Positions 30,341 to 40,016 of a DNA stretch of 64,000 bases are shown one piece after another. This DNA comes from an uncultured virus (IMG/VR IMGVR_UViG_3300020137_000030) (taxonomy: Duplodnaviria; Heunggongvirae; Uroviricota; Caudoviricetes). The translations under genes and the position numbers were made by a program. How positions within the stretch are numbered: position 1 is the stretch's first letter; the number at the start of each line of letters is the position of its first letter. Location: the IMG/VR virus record IMGVR_UViG_3300020137_000030, one strand, 5' to 3'. The notes under the pieces are model-generated. The model made no database searches. It had not been told where the DNA came from and saw only the letters and a list, made by a program, of their open reading frames with translations.

Positions 30341-31695
30341 GGAAGCGGTACAACTACCGGGCCTACCCGACCCCGGTGCAGCGTCGTGCCCTGGCCCGGC
30401 TGTTCGGGTGCGTGCGGGTGGTCTACAACGACACGATCGCCGACCGGCAGATGGTCTACGAGACCGGGCTGCACCTGGTCGAGGAGCCGGCCCCACCACG
30501 GCCGGACGGCAAGCCACGGACCCGGCGGTCGTTCACCGCCAACCGTCAGACCGCGCTGATCACGTTCGCCAAGGACCACCACCGGCCGTGGCTGACACAG
30601 GTCGCCTCCGGCCCCCTGATCCAGGCGATCGCCGACGCCGACCGGGCCTACCGCAACTTCTTCGACTCCGCGGCCGGCAAGCGCAAGGGCGCCAAGGTCG
30701 GGTTCCCCCGCTTCAAGACCCGGCACGGCGGCAAGCACAGCGCAGGGTTCATGTTCTCCCGCGACGCGCTGCGCCTGACCGTGGGCGAGAACGACAACGC
30801 GACCCTGCGCGTCCCGAAGGTCGGCGACCTGCGCCTGGCATGGTCACGCGACCTGCCAGCACCACCCTCGTCGGTCACGATCACCGCCAACCCCGACGGC
30901 ACCTACGAGGTCTCGTTCGTCGTCGACGCCCCTGCCGGGGACGTCGAACCGGACGCTGGCGCACCGGTCATGGCCGGGGTCGACCTCGGGCTGGCCGACT
31001 ACGCGATCATCGCCCGCTCGGACGGCACCCGCGAGAAGGTGCCCAACCCCCGCCACCTGCGCCACGCCCAACGGCGCCTGGCCCGCGAGCAGAAGGCACT
31101 GTCCCGCAAGCAGGGCCCCGACCGGCGCACCGGGCAGCGCCCCTCGCACGGCTGGCGGCGGCAGGCCCAGGTCGTGGCCCGCCAGCATGCCAAGGTCACC
31201 GCCGCCCGTACCGACTTCCAGCGCAAGCTGGCCCTCCGCCTCGCCCGCGAGACCCAAACGGTCGCGGTGGAGAAGCTCAACGTCCACGGCCTTGCCCGCT
31301 CCGGCGGCAGCAAGGCTCAGGGGCGTGGCCTGCGCAGGTCCGTCCACGACGCCGCCTGGTCGGCGTTCGTGGTCCGGCTGCGCGAGAAGATGGGCGACCG
31401 GCTCATCGAGGTCCCCGCCGCCCTCACCTCCCAGGTGTGCGGCGTCTGCGGGACGCTCGACGGACCCAAGCCCCTGCACGTCCGCACGTGGACGTGCCAC
31501 GACTGCGGAGCCCTGCTGGACCGGGACTTCAACGCCGCAGTGAACATCGGTACCGCCGGGCTGGCGGAATCCGGTCAGCACCTCGCTGACGAAAGGGTGT
31601 GGAGACACCAGGCTCTGGTCGGGGCACAGGCCCCGACGAAACCGGCGTCCGTGAAGCACCAACCCACTGGCGACCGGTGCGAGGTGACCGCGTGA
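30337..31695 (+). CDS. tnpB: RNA-guided endonuclease TnpB
   Basis: N-terminal YRAYPT..FGCVR; RuvC GVDLG / VEKL / DRDFNAA all intact; CxxC..CxxC Zn finger. Confidence 0.95.
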   Translation: MRKRYNYRAYPTPVQRRALARLFGCVRVVYNDTIADRQMVYETGLHLVEEPAPPRPDGKPRTRRSFTANRQTALITFAKDHHRPWLTQVASGPLIQAIADADRAYRNFFDSAAGKRKGAKVGFPRFKTRHGGKHSAGFMFSRDALRLTVGENDNATLRVPKVGDLRLAWSRDLPAPPSSVTITANPDGTYEVSFVVDAPAGDVEPDAGAPVMAGVDLGLADYAIIARSDGTREKVPNPRHLRHAQRRLAREQKALSRKQGPDRRTGQRPSHGWRRQAQVVARQHAKVTAARTDFQRKLALRLARETQTVAVEKLNVHGLARSGGSKAQGRGLRRSVHDAAWSAFVVRLREKMGDRLIEVPAALTSQVCGVCGTLDGPKPLHVRTWTCHDCGALLDRDFNAAVNIGTAGLAESGQHLADERVWRHQALVGAQAPTKPASVKHQPTGDRCEVTA

Positions 31696-32489
31696 GCGGC
31701 CAGCAGTCCCCGCACCACGACACCAGGAATCTCCCGGCTTCAGCCGGGAGAGGAAGTCAAGTGTGGTGCATGCTGCCCTCGCGCGAGGGGCGCGCCGTCA
31801 ACGAAGCCGCCGCCGACGCGTTCGCCGCCCGGATCCTGATACCGCCGACCCTGGTCGACCTGTCCGCCACCGACGTGACCGCCCGCCAGCTCGTCGCCGC
31901 GCACGAGAAGGCGCCCACTGCCTCGCGTTCTGCCCTCGCCTACCAAGGGTTGCAGGGGGCAGGCCCGACCGACGACGTCGTCGTGGTGGTGTGCGACCTG
32001 GACGGCGAGGTCGTGTTCGCGCGCGCCCACGGCCAGCTGTTCGCACCTGCTCGCGGCCTCGTGCAGCCCGGCCTGTCGGCTCTGCTCGCACGGGCGCTCG
32101 ACGGCACCGGCAGCGCGACCGGCGACCTGACCCCAGGCCTGCTGGCGAAGTCCGGTGCGGTCCGAGACGGGTTGCGCGCAGACGTCGCCCTCGACGCCAG
32201 CGGCCAGTACGCGTTCGCCGTGATCCGGCCCCAGCAGCGCCGCGCGCCAGCGTCCTGGGCCGACCGCACCCTCGAGTGCGCCAGTGCAGCCTGCGGTGCG
32301 GTGTTCACGCCCGAGCACGGGCAGGTGCCCTGCCGTACCTGTGGCGAGCACCGGTGCCCGCAGTGCGGGTCGTGCGCCTGCGCGAACGACACCCCGGCCA
32401 CCTGTCCGACCTGCAACCTGGCGTACACGACCGCGGAGCGGGCACAGCCTTCGCTGCACGAGTGCTGGTGAGGGTGCGGACTCCCGGGA

Positions 32490-34988
32490 CTACTGGGCGT
32501 ACGCCTTGAGGCTCTCCCACGAGCCCTGCGCATCGTCGACGTCGTCCTCCGACAGCAGCAGGTAGCCCCACGTCGCCCCGACGGCTGGCGAGACGTTCAC
32601 GACCGACGCCCACTTGCGGGCGGCCTTGCGCTTGTCGCGCACCTCCTGGGAGGTGATCTCGCGGTTCATCTTGGTCTCGACGAGCCACCCGTGCAGCGTC
32701 CCGTCGACTTCCTCCATCACGACGAAGTCCGGGTTGTACTGGCGGCCTGCGGCTGTCCAGGTGATCGGGATGTCACCCAGGTGCAGGCGGGCCCACACCG
32801 CCACGGTCGGTCCGGCGTCGATGGCGCCCGCGGCCTTGAACTCTGTGGACGTGTCGAACCAGGCGTGCGAGTAAAGGTTGCGCTGCCACCCGTTGAACGC
32901 GACCGTCTTGGAGAAGGAGCCGTCAGCATGCCCGGCGACCTTCTGCCGGGTGGACTCGCGGACCTTGCCCAGGGTGACGGTGCGCACGACGTCGTCGTAC
33001 TCGACTGAGCCCTTGGTGACCTCGCCCAGCGCGCGAGCGACCTCGTCCGCCAGCCGGCGGCTGCACGTCTCGGGGAAGGCTGAGAGGTACGTGGCGGCCT
33101 CGTCGCCCATCGCAGCGATCAGACGGTCGACGATCCGCTCGGCGGCGCCGACCTCGACGGGCCGCGCCTGCACACCCTTGACGCCGGTGACGATGCGTCG
33201 CACGAGCATCCTTCGCGACTCGGCCAGGGGCACGTCGAGCGCCAGGCCTGCGCGGACCACGTCGCTGGCGGCCTCGGTCTCGGCGCGGACCTGGCCGCCG
33301 TGCTCGCGCGCGACGATCTTCGTGCGGCGCAGCTGGTCGGAGTGGTCGGCCGTCAGTGCGACCCCGAGCCGGTCGAAACGTGCGTACTCGTCGGCGTCGA
33401 TGTCGTGCAGTGACACGGCGGCGGGACGTGCTGTCGCGACCACGAGCGGGATCGTGATGTCCGGCATGCCGGGCTGCGGGTAGAACGCATGCTTCGTCTG
33501 CGTCGCAGACTGTGCGATGGTCGCCGCCGCGAGGGTCCGGGTCTCGACGTCCACGACGCCCGCCGGGCGGTCGGGTGCTGCCGCCCGCTGCTCGCCCAGG
33601 GGTGCAGCGGGCGCCGCGGCGGGCGCGATCACGTCGCCGTCGCTGACCGCGGTCTGCTGCCGGACCACGGCGCTGCCGTCAGCCCGGCGTCGCAGCTCGG
33701 CGTACGTCCCGTAGTCGATGAACTTCTCGTTCAGCACGTCGCGCCTGGCGAGCAGCTCGCTGTACCGCTCGTGCGCGAGCACCTCGACCGTGTCGAGCAT
33801 CTCGATGCCGGTGTACGAACCGAACGGCAGGCGCATCCCGCGCCCGAGGGTCTGTTCGGTCAGGACGGCAGACGCGGAGGCGCGCATCGAGGCGATGACG
33901 TACACGTTCTTGACGTCCCATCCCTCCTTCAGCTGGGCGACGTTCAAGATGATGCGGACCCGCGAGCCGGGTTGCTCGACCTCCTCGAGGTCCGCCAGAG
34001 CCTGCTCCTTCTCGTCGCCCTTGAGGTCGGAGTGCACCAGGAGCGTCTTGCCGACCCACGCGCCGCCGTCGAAGCCGTCGGAGTCGAGGATGTCGCGGTA
34101 GCGCTGCGCCTCTGCGATGTCCTTGGCGACGACCAGCATCACCGGGTTCACCGGGGGAAGGTCGTTGTCCTGGCAGTACGAGTGCGCCAGGCGTTCCTTG
34201 TACCGCAGGAGGGTGACACCGTCGAGCAGCTTCGTCTCGTCGTCCTTGCGGTCGTCCTTGCGGCCGACGACGACGGGCGTCTTGACGAGCTGGTCGTGGA
34301 TCGCCTGCGCGAGGGGGTAACGGTAGACGACCAGCCCCTCGTCGGCCTTGACCGGGGTAGCGGTCAGGCCGACGACGAGCTCGGGTGCGAGGCTGCTGAT
34401 CGTGCGCGAGAACGCGGGCCCCCGGTAGCAGTGGTGCTCGTCGGCGAGGATCACCAGGTCGTCAAGACCTGCCAGGAAGTCGAAGAACGACCCGCCGAGG
34501 TCCTCCTGGTACTCGTGCGTCGCGCGCCCGTCACCGGTCGCAGACGTGAGCGCCTGGACGGTGAACACGTACAGCTTCGTCACCGACGGGTCGCTCATCG
34601 CCTTGAACGTCGCGGGCGTGGCGAAGTTCTCCGAGGTGACCAGGTACGGGCGTGAACGCATCGCTGCGGTCAGCGACTTGCCGTGCCCCGGTGTGAAGTT
34701 CTGGATCGACTTGTCGCGGATGGTGCGGCCGGGGGCGAGCAGCAGGAAGTTGCGTGCAGGGCGCTGCGCCCCGGCGAGGTACTCGACGAGACCGGCCATC
34801 ACGTATGTCTTGCCGACGCCGGTGGCCGAGTCGACGATGCACTCGAACGGTCCGGGCATCTGGTCGACGTCGTAGTGCTGGGAGGTCCGCAGCGCGACGG
34901 ACTCGATCGCGCTGCGGTTGGGAGCCCGCAGGTCGAGCCTGTGGGCGATCTCGTCGAGCAGGTCCGGCTCGTATCGCAGCTCGCCCAT
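32490..34988 (-). CDS. res: Type III restriction enzyme Res subunit (SF2 helicase + PD-(D/E)xK)
   Basis: ATGVGKT, DEHH, TATP, LKEGWDV, EQTLGRGMR, YNPDF..VETK. Confidence 0.88.
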   Translation of the reverse strand: MGELRYEPDLLDEIAHRLDLRAPNRSAIESVALRTSQHYDVDQMPGPFECIVDSATGVGKTYVMAGLVEYLAGAQRPARNFLLLAPGRTIRDKSIQNFTPGHGKSLTAAMRSRPYLVTSENFATPATFKAMSDPSVTKLYVFTVQALTSATGDGRATHEYQEDLGGSFFDFLAGLDDLVILADEHHCYRGPAFSRTISSLAPELVVGLTATPVKADEGLVVYRYPLAQAIHDQLVKTPVVVGRKDDRKDDETKLLDGVTLLRYKERLAHSYCQDNDLPPVNPVMLVVAKDIAEAQRYRDILDSDGFDGGAWVGKTLLVHSDLKGDEKEQALADLEEVEQPGSRVRIILNVAQLKEGWDVKNVYVIASMRASASAVLTEQTLGRGMRLPFGSYTGIEMLDTVEVLAHERYSELLARRDVLNEKFIDYGTYAELRRRADGSAVVRQQTAVSDGDVIAPAAAPAAPLGEQRAAAPDRPAGVVDVETRTLAAATIAQSATQTKHAFYPQPGMPDITIPLVVATARPAAVSLHDIDADEYARFDRLGVALTADHSDQLRRTKIVAREHGGQVRAETEAASDVVRAGLALDVPLAESRRMLVRRIVTGVKGVQARPVEVGAAERIVDRLIAAMGDEAATYLSAFPETCSRRLADEVARALGEVTKGSVEYDDVVRTVTLGKVRESTRQKVAGHADGSFSKTVAFNGWQRNLYSHAWFDTSTEFKAAGAIDAGPTVAVWARLHLGDIPITWTAAGRQYNPDFVVMEEVDGTLHGWLVETKMNREITSQEVRDKRKAARKWASVVNVSPAVGATWGYLLLSEDDVDDAQGSWESLKAYAQ

Positions 34989-37030
34989 CAGGCGTCCACC
35001 TCCTGCCTGGCCGTGGCCGTCGCGTCGTGGGTCTGCACTGGCGGGTCGCCGAACGGGCTGGCCGGTGATGCCTTGCGGCGGTAGGAGTCCAGCACCGACG
35101 TCGGGACGACCTCGAGCCTGGAACCCGGCCGTGCGGCGCGCAGGACCGCGGCAGCGTCCGGGTCGACCTGGGTCGCCCAGATCTCGACGACCTGCCCCTG
35201 CGGGAGTCGGTCGAGGACCGCTTCGACCGTGGCTCGCCCGGCCAGGCCGTCGATGATCACGTACCGGGTGCGGCCCTTGGCCCCGGCGAATGCACCGTCA
35301 GGCTCGTAGCGCACACCGAGCTGGGCGCACATGGCCCTGGCCAGGTCTCCCCGGGTGGCCCAGTCTGCGAGCAGGATCATGCCGGCGTGCTCGACGAACA
35401 TCGAGGCCATGACCTCCAGGTGGCGGAACCCGCCGCCCCCGTGCCACGTGGTGGTCGTGACGTCCCGCGTCTTCGTCGCAGCCCTCAGCGCCTTCACTAC
35501 GCCCGCGGTGGCGGGTGAGTCGTCGAGCGCCCTGACAGCCTTGCTGAGCAGCCGGTTGAACTCTTGCGCCTGCGCGGCGGTCATGGCGTCGGGGAGCGCC
35601 TCGACGTCGGCGACGCGCTCGGTGACGGTGGTGACGCCACCAGGGTCCTGGCCGCGCACGACCCGAGCGAGCCGCGGCTTGGTGAACGTCTCGACCGTCT
35701 CGGCGAGCAGCTCGCTGGTGACCCAGCGTCGCCCCATCTTGTGCGCGACGGCGGCAGTGGTCCCAGAGCCGGCGAAGCAGTCGAGCACGATGTCGCCGGG
35801 GTCTGTGGCGATGTGGATGATGCGGTGCAGCAGCTCTTCCGGCTTGGGGGTCGCGAAGGCGTGCGTGTCGGGGAACAGGTCACGGACCTGGTTCTTGCCG
35901 CGCAACGAGCCGCCGACCTCCGACGCGACCCACCACGTCTCCGGCACGCGCCCGTCGTCGACGAGGTACTTCTTGCGCTGCACCCGTTCCTTCTCGATGT
36001 CGAGGAACACCAGGTCGGGCCAGTGCCCGGCGGCGTGGCGGGCGCGCGCAGACCTGGCGGCGTCCTCGAGCGGCTGCGCGAGCATGATCGCGGGGACGCC
36101 GGCCTTCACGTCCTGCACGGTGGTGCCGCAGATCAGGGCGCGCCGGGCGGCGTCGCCGATGTCGCGCAGCTCGTACCGGGCGTACTCGTTGAGCTGGTCC
36201 AGGAACCACGACTGAGCCTTGCCCCACGTGCGGCCCGGTGTCGGGTACATGAGCCCACCGGTGACCGGGTGCTGGATGGCGTAGACCATCGGGTGGTTGG
36301 TCGCGGCCTTGCCTGCGGTCGCGTCGCCGTCACGCCACGGGACCGGGTCGCCGTCACGGGACCTGTACCGGGACGTGTTCGACGAGGCCAGGCGCGGCAT
36401 CCGGTTCGGCACCCACCGCTGCGACCTGCGGTACACGAGCAGCACGTCGTGGGAGACGGAGATGCCGGTGGTGTCGTTGCGCGGGGAGGTCACCTTCTGC
36501 CAGGCGATCTCCGCGACGAAGTTCTCCGCACCGAACTCCTCGTCGAGGACGAGGCGGCAGCGGTGCACCTCAACGTCGTCGAGGTGGACCCACACGGAGC
36601 CGTCGTCGCTCAGCAGCGGCTTGATCTGGCGCAGCCGGTCGCGAAGCATGGTGAGCCAGATCGAGTGCGTGATGTTGTCCTCGTAGCTCGTGCACGCCTG
36701 GCCGGTGTTGAACGGAGGGTCGATGTAGACGAGCTTGACCTTGCCGAGGTACTGCTGCGCGTACTCGGGGAGGCCAGCCAGGGCGTCGAGGACGTGCATG
36801 GCGTCACCGGTGATGAGCAGGTTGTCGCCGGTCGGTGCTGGCAGGTCGGCAGGTCGTCCGGCGGGCGTCGGCGCAATGACCTCGTCCACCTCGCGCAGCA
36901 GGCGGACCTCGGAGACCCGGTAGTCGGACGGGTCGACGAACGTGTAGTCGTAGCGTCCGTCCCCGGTGGACAGCAGCGCCTTGTCCTTGTCGGTCCAGGT
37001 GAGCTCGAGCCGCCCCTGGTGCTGCGCCAT
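34988..37030 (-). CDS. mod: Type III R-M Mod subunit (N6-adenine methyltransferase)
   Basis: YIDPPFNTG, FATPKPE, DCFAGSGTT; coupled to res. Confidence 0.9.
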   Translation of the reverse strand: MAQHQGRLELTWTDKDKALLSTGDGRYDYTFVDPSDYRVSEVRLLREVDEVIAPTPAGRPADLPAPTGDNLLITGDAMHVLDALAGLPEYAQQYLGKVKLVYIDPPFNTGQACTSYEDNITHSIWLTMLRDRLRQIKPLLSDDGSVWVHLDDVEVHRCRLVLDEEFGAENFVAEIAWQKVTSPRNDTTGISVSHDVLLVYRRSQRWVPNRMPRLASSNTSRYRSRDGDPVPWRDGDATAGKAATNHPMVYAIQHPVTGGLMYPTPGRTWGKAQSWFLDQLNEYARYELRDIGDAARRALICGTTVQDVKAGVPAIMLAQPLEDAARSARARHAAGHWPDLVFLDIEKERVQRKKYLVDDGRVPETWWVASEVGGSLRGKNQVRDLFPDTHAFATPKPEELLHRIIHIATDPGDIVLDCFAGSGTTAAVAHKMGRRWVTSELLAETVETFTKPRLARVVRGQDPGGVTTVTERVADVEALPDAMTAAQAQEFNRLLSKAVRALDDSPATAGVVKALRAATKTRDVTTTTWHGGGGFRHLEVMASMFVEHAGMILLADWATRGDLARAMCAQLGVRYEPDGAFAGAKGRTRYVIIDGLAGRATVEAVLDRLPQGQVVEIWATQVDPDAAAVLRAARPGSRLEVVPTSVLDSYRRKASPASPFGDPPVQTHDATATARQEVDA

Positions 37031-37258
37031 TGCCCGGTACCTGCCCATCTGCGCCCACGGCGCACGCCTCGACTGTGCGGGACCGCGCGGCGGACCCTGT
37101 CTCACCCTATGCGTGGACGGTGCCCGTCAGCGGCAGGCAGCGGCGGCACGAGCCCTGTGGACCCGTCCGGGTGAACTTGCCGTAGACGGGTCGGCGGCGG
37201 GGCGTTGCCGCACATGTAGGGGCGACACCAGCACCGACGACCACCCCAGGAGCACCCC

Positions 37259-37639
37259 ATGGGTACCACCAGCGGCCTGCGCGGCATCCCCACCGACCCA
37301 CCCCGCGAACAGATCCCCACCGCCCTCACCGACGCGGCCCACCCCGCCCCACCCACGGTCGGTGCGGTGCACGTCCTCACCTTCGACGGCGTCGACCTCG
37401 CGTGCGCGCGCATCGAGAACGTCACCCCCGACTTCGTGACCGTCCGCCCCTGCTGGGCCACCGGCGCGGGCGACGACGGTCGGGTCGGGCTCGCGGTCCT
37501 CGACGCCACGGTCGCGGTCCTGACCGACGTGATCGGCGGGCGCGTCGACGAGTCCGCGTACGTCGTGGAGCAGGTCGCCACCACCCTGCGCGCACCGCTG
37601 TGGAGCGTGTGGAGCGGGCTGAACCTCCGGTTCGACTAG
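37259..37639 (+). CDS. Hypothetical protein
   Basis: AGGAG RBS; CCGCACAT upstream at 37208. Confidence 0.55.
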   Translation: MGTTSGLRGIPTDPPREQIPTALTDAAHPAPPTVGAVHVLTFDGVDLACARIENVTPDFVTVRPCWATGAGDDGRVGLAVLDATVAVLTDVIGGRVDESAYVVEQVATTLRAPLWSVWSGLNLRFD

Positions 37640-37681
37640 ACCCCGCGCCGGGAACGGGCAGGTGCCGCACATAGGTAGGCT

Positions 37682-37842
37682 GCAAGGTGACCACGGGTCA
37701 CCGACACGTAGTCCGGAATGCCGTACAGGTGCAACCGCCGCCCCGTCAGGGGCGGGAGGTGCCCTACCCGGACACCCTCAACACACGCGTGAAAGTGAAG
37801 GCGAAACGCGACCGCCGGCGGCGAAGCCGCAGGTCAGGAAGT
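37682..37842 (+). ncRNA. tracrRNA-like scaffold/leader, copy 1 (abuts array 1)
   Basis: Near-identical in 4 copies; multiple hairpins; anti-repeat segments GCCGT, CCCTC, CGCGTG, GTG, GGCG. Confidence 0.7.
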
Positions 37843-38236
37843 GTCCCGCCCACGCACGCGAGGGAACGGCACTGCCCCAACTACCCGGGCGAGTGGGATG
37901 GGGGTCCCGCCCACGCACGCGAGGGAACGGCAAGGAGGAGCTCGTCGAGCAGGCCGCAGCCAAGGTCCCGCCCACGCACGCGAGGGAACGGCGGTCTCGG
38001 TGCCCGCAGTAGCCCAGCGTGCGCTGTCCCGCCCACGCACGCGAGGGAACGGCGAGCAGAACCGCGAGAAGATTGACGCCGCCCTCGTCCCGCCCACGCA
38101 CGCGAGGGAACGGCATGGCTACGCGCATCCTGGAGCAGGCAGCTGGGGTCCCGCCCACGCACGCAAGGGAACGGCCCGGCGTCAGCGACGAGGTGAAGCT
38201 CAGCGGTGGTCCCGCCCACGCGGGCGAGGCGGAGTG
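37843..38236 (+). CRISPR. CRISPR array 1: 6 repeats plus a degenerate trailer, 6 spacers of 33 nt
   Basis: GTCCCGCCCACGCACGCGAGGGAACGGC at 37843, 37904, 37965, 38026, 38087, 38148; degenerate copy at 38209. Confidence 0.95.
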
Positions 38237-38466
38237 GAGGCATGCGCGATGAGGGACGATGGCGACCCGCCCCGCCACGCTGGCGAGGCGACGGAACACC
38301 CACGAGAACCCCGGCACAGCGCAGGCAGCGTGGGCTCGATCCGCCTCGCGCCCGAGGTGACCGCTCGCCTCGAGGCGGAGCGCCGTGAGCTCGCGGCCAT
38401 CGAGTCGCCCCTCAGGCTGCGCCGCCGGCGACGGTAGGCGCGGGGCAGGACCCCGCAGCCCGCGGA

Positions 38467-38480
38467 TCCGGCGCATGTTG
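38467..38480 (+). promoter_or_regulatory. TCCGGCGCATGTTG motif, copy 3
   Basis: Immediately upstream of GTG 38487. Confidence 0.55.
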
Positions 38481-38486
38481 GAGGGT

Positions 38487-40001
38487 GTGAGCACCCCGAC
38501 GCCCCCACCGCCACCGCCACCGCCGCAGCGACGCCGCGCCTCCGCGCCGACGCCCGACGCCGGCAAGGCCAAGAGCGACCCGGGCGAGAAGGACCCCACG
38601 GGCGCCCCCAAGCGCAGCCGCGACGCCACCGCTCGCGCTGCGGCTGGCGTCTCCACCGCTGCGGGGCTGGCCGGCAAGGCAGGGCTGGGGCGTGTCGCGA
38701 GCGCCGCCTCCACGCTCGCCGACCCGAACGCCACCGCCGGGCAGAAGGCCACCGAGGCCGCAGCGGCCGGTGCTGAGGCCGCCGTCACGGCTGTTGTCGG
38801 TGCTGCCGCCACACCGCTCGCCGGGAAGGTCGCCGGGGCGGTCGTCGGCACCGGCCTGCGCAACAAGAAGGTCCGCAACCTCCTCGTCGCGCTGCTCATG
38901 GTGCCGCTGCTCGGGATCGGGATGCTCGTGCTCGGCACGGCCCTGCTCACGCAGCAGGTCGGTGCCCTGGTCGCCGCAGCGGCCGGTGAGGAAGAGGAGC
39001 AGGGCGGGGGAGCCGGGGGCGGTGCGGTGCCCGACGGGTACTGCTACGCGCCGGGGCCCGGCAACGAGGCCGTCCTGACCCTCACGCAGGAGCAGTCCAC
39101 CAACGCCCGCGCCATCGTCGCCGCCGTCTCGGCCCGCGACCTGGGCGCCCGAGACGCCGTCATCGCGGTGATGACCGCCCTGACGGAGAGCTCACTGATC
39201 AACGTCGCCTACGGTGACGAGGTCGGCCCGGACTCGCGCGGCCTGTTCCAGCAGCGCGACAGCTGGGGCACCCTCGAGGAGCGGATGGACCCGAGCACCG
39301 CGACGGGCCTGTTCCTGGACGCGATGCTGTCGCCGAACCTGCAGGTGTTCGGGTCGGCCCGCAAGATCAACACCTCCGAGTCCTCACGCGGCACGTTCGA
39401 GCCGTGGATGGTCGCCCAGTCCGTGCAGCGTTCCGCGTTCTCCGACGGGTCGAACTACCAGGGTCACTACTCGCAGGCCGTCGGCATCGTGCGCACCCTG
39501 CTCGGCGACGCTGCGGCGTCCGTGGTGGACCCGTGGATGCCGTCCAGCGAGGACGACCCGGAGTTCTCCGCCGGGGCGTGCTCACCCGGTGAGGGTGCCG
39601 AGCTCCCTCCGTCGGAGCGTGCCGCCGCGGCGATCGCGTTCGCGAAGGCGCAGGTCGGCAAGTCGTACGTGTGGGGTGCGGCGGGCCCGAACACGTTCGA
39701 CTGCTCGGGGCTGACGATGCGCGCCTACGAGGCGGCCGGGGTGAACATCACACGCACCACCCGCACCCAGTACGCGTGGGCGGTGAAGAACGCCCGGGTC
39801 GTCGACCTGGCCGATGCCCAGCCGGGCGACCTGATCTACTACACGTCCGACCCGACCAAGACGGACATCCAGGCGATCTACCACGTGGCCATGTACCTGG
39901 GTGACGACACGATCGTCCACGCACCCAAGCCTGGTGACGTCGTCAAGATCGCCCCGATCTACAACAAGCCGGCGCTGATGCCGCTTGCCGTGCGCCCCTG
40001 A
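38487..40001 (+). CDS. NlpC/P60 peptidoglycan hydrolase with lysozyme-like domain (conjugative VirB1/CwlT-like)
   Basis: TM helix; ESSL...DSRGLFQQR..WG; YVWGA.GP..FDCSGL; HVAMY. Confidence 0.85.
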   Translation: MSTPTPPPPPPPPQRRRASAPTPDAGKAKSDPGEKDPTGAPKRSRDATARAAAGVSTAAGLAGKAGLGRVASAASTLADPNATAGQKATEAAAAGAEAAVTAVVGAAATPLAGKVAGAVVGTGLRNKKVRNLLVALLMVPLLGIGMLVLGTALLTQQVGALVAAAAGEEEEQGGGAGGGAVPDGYCYAPGPGNEAVLTLTQEQSTNARAIVAAVSARDLGARDAVIAVMTALTESSLINVAYGDEVGPDSRGLFQQRDSWGTLEERMDPSTATGLFLDAMLSPNLQVFGSARKINTSESSRGTFEPWMVAQSVQRSAFSDGSNYQGHYSQAVGIVRTLLGDAAASVVDPWMPSSEDDPEFSAGACSPGEGAELPPSERAAAAIAFAKAQVGKSYVWGAAGPNTFDCSGLTMRAYEAAGVNITRTTRTQYAWAVKNARVVDLADAQPGDLIYYTSDPTKTDIQAIYHVAMYLGDDTIVHAPKPGDVVKIAPIYNKPALMPLAVRP

Positions 40002-40016
40002 GAGGAACCCAGCCTG

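Larger units (their letters stand above)
29778..31760 (+). mobile_element. IS200/IS605-family element (IS605 group)
   Basis: Identical subterminal hairpins CTCCCGGCTTCAGCCGGGAG near 29810 and 31731; right end TCAA; no TSD; inserted 3' of TCGAC. Confidence 0.9.
29445..32471 (+). pseudogene. ImmA/IrrE-family metallopeptidase with C-terminal Zn fingers, split by IS200/IS605
   Basis: 5' half RFTVLHELGH (to 29777); 3' half EAAADAFAARILIP (from 31761); removing 29778-31760 restores the frame (QWVD/VWCML). Confidence 0.85.
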
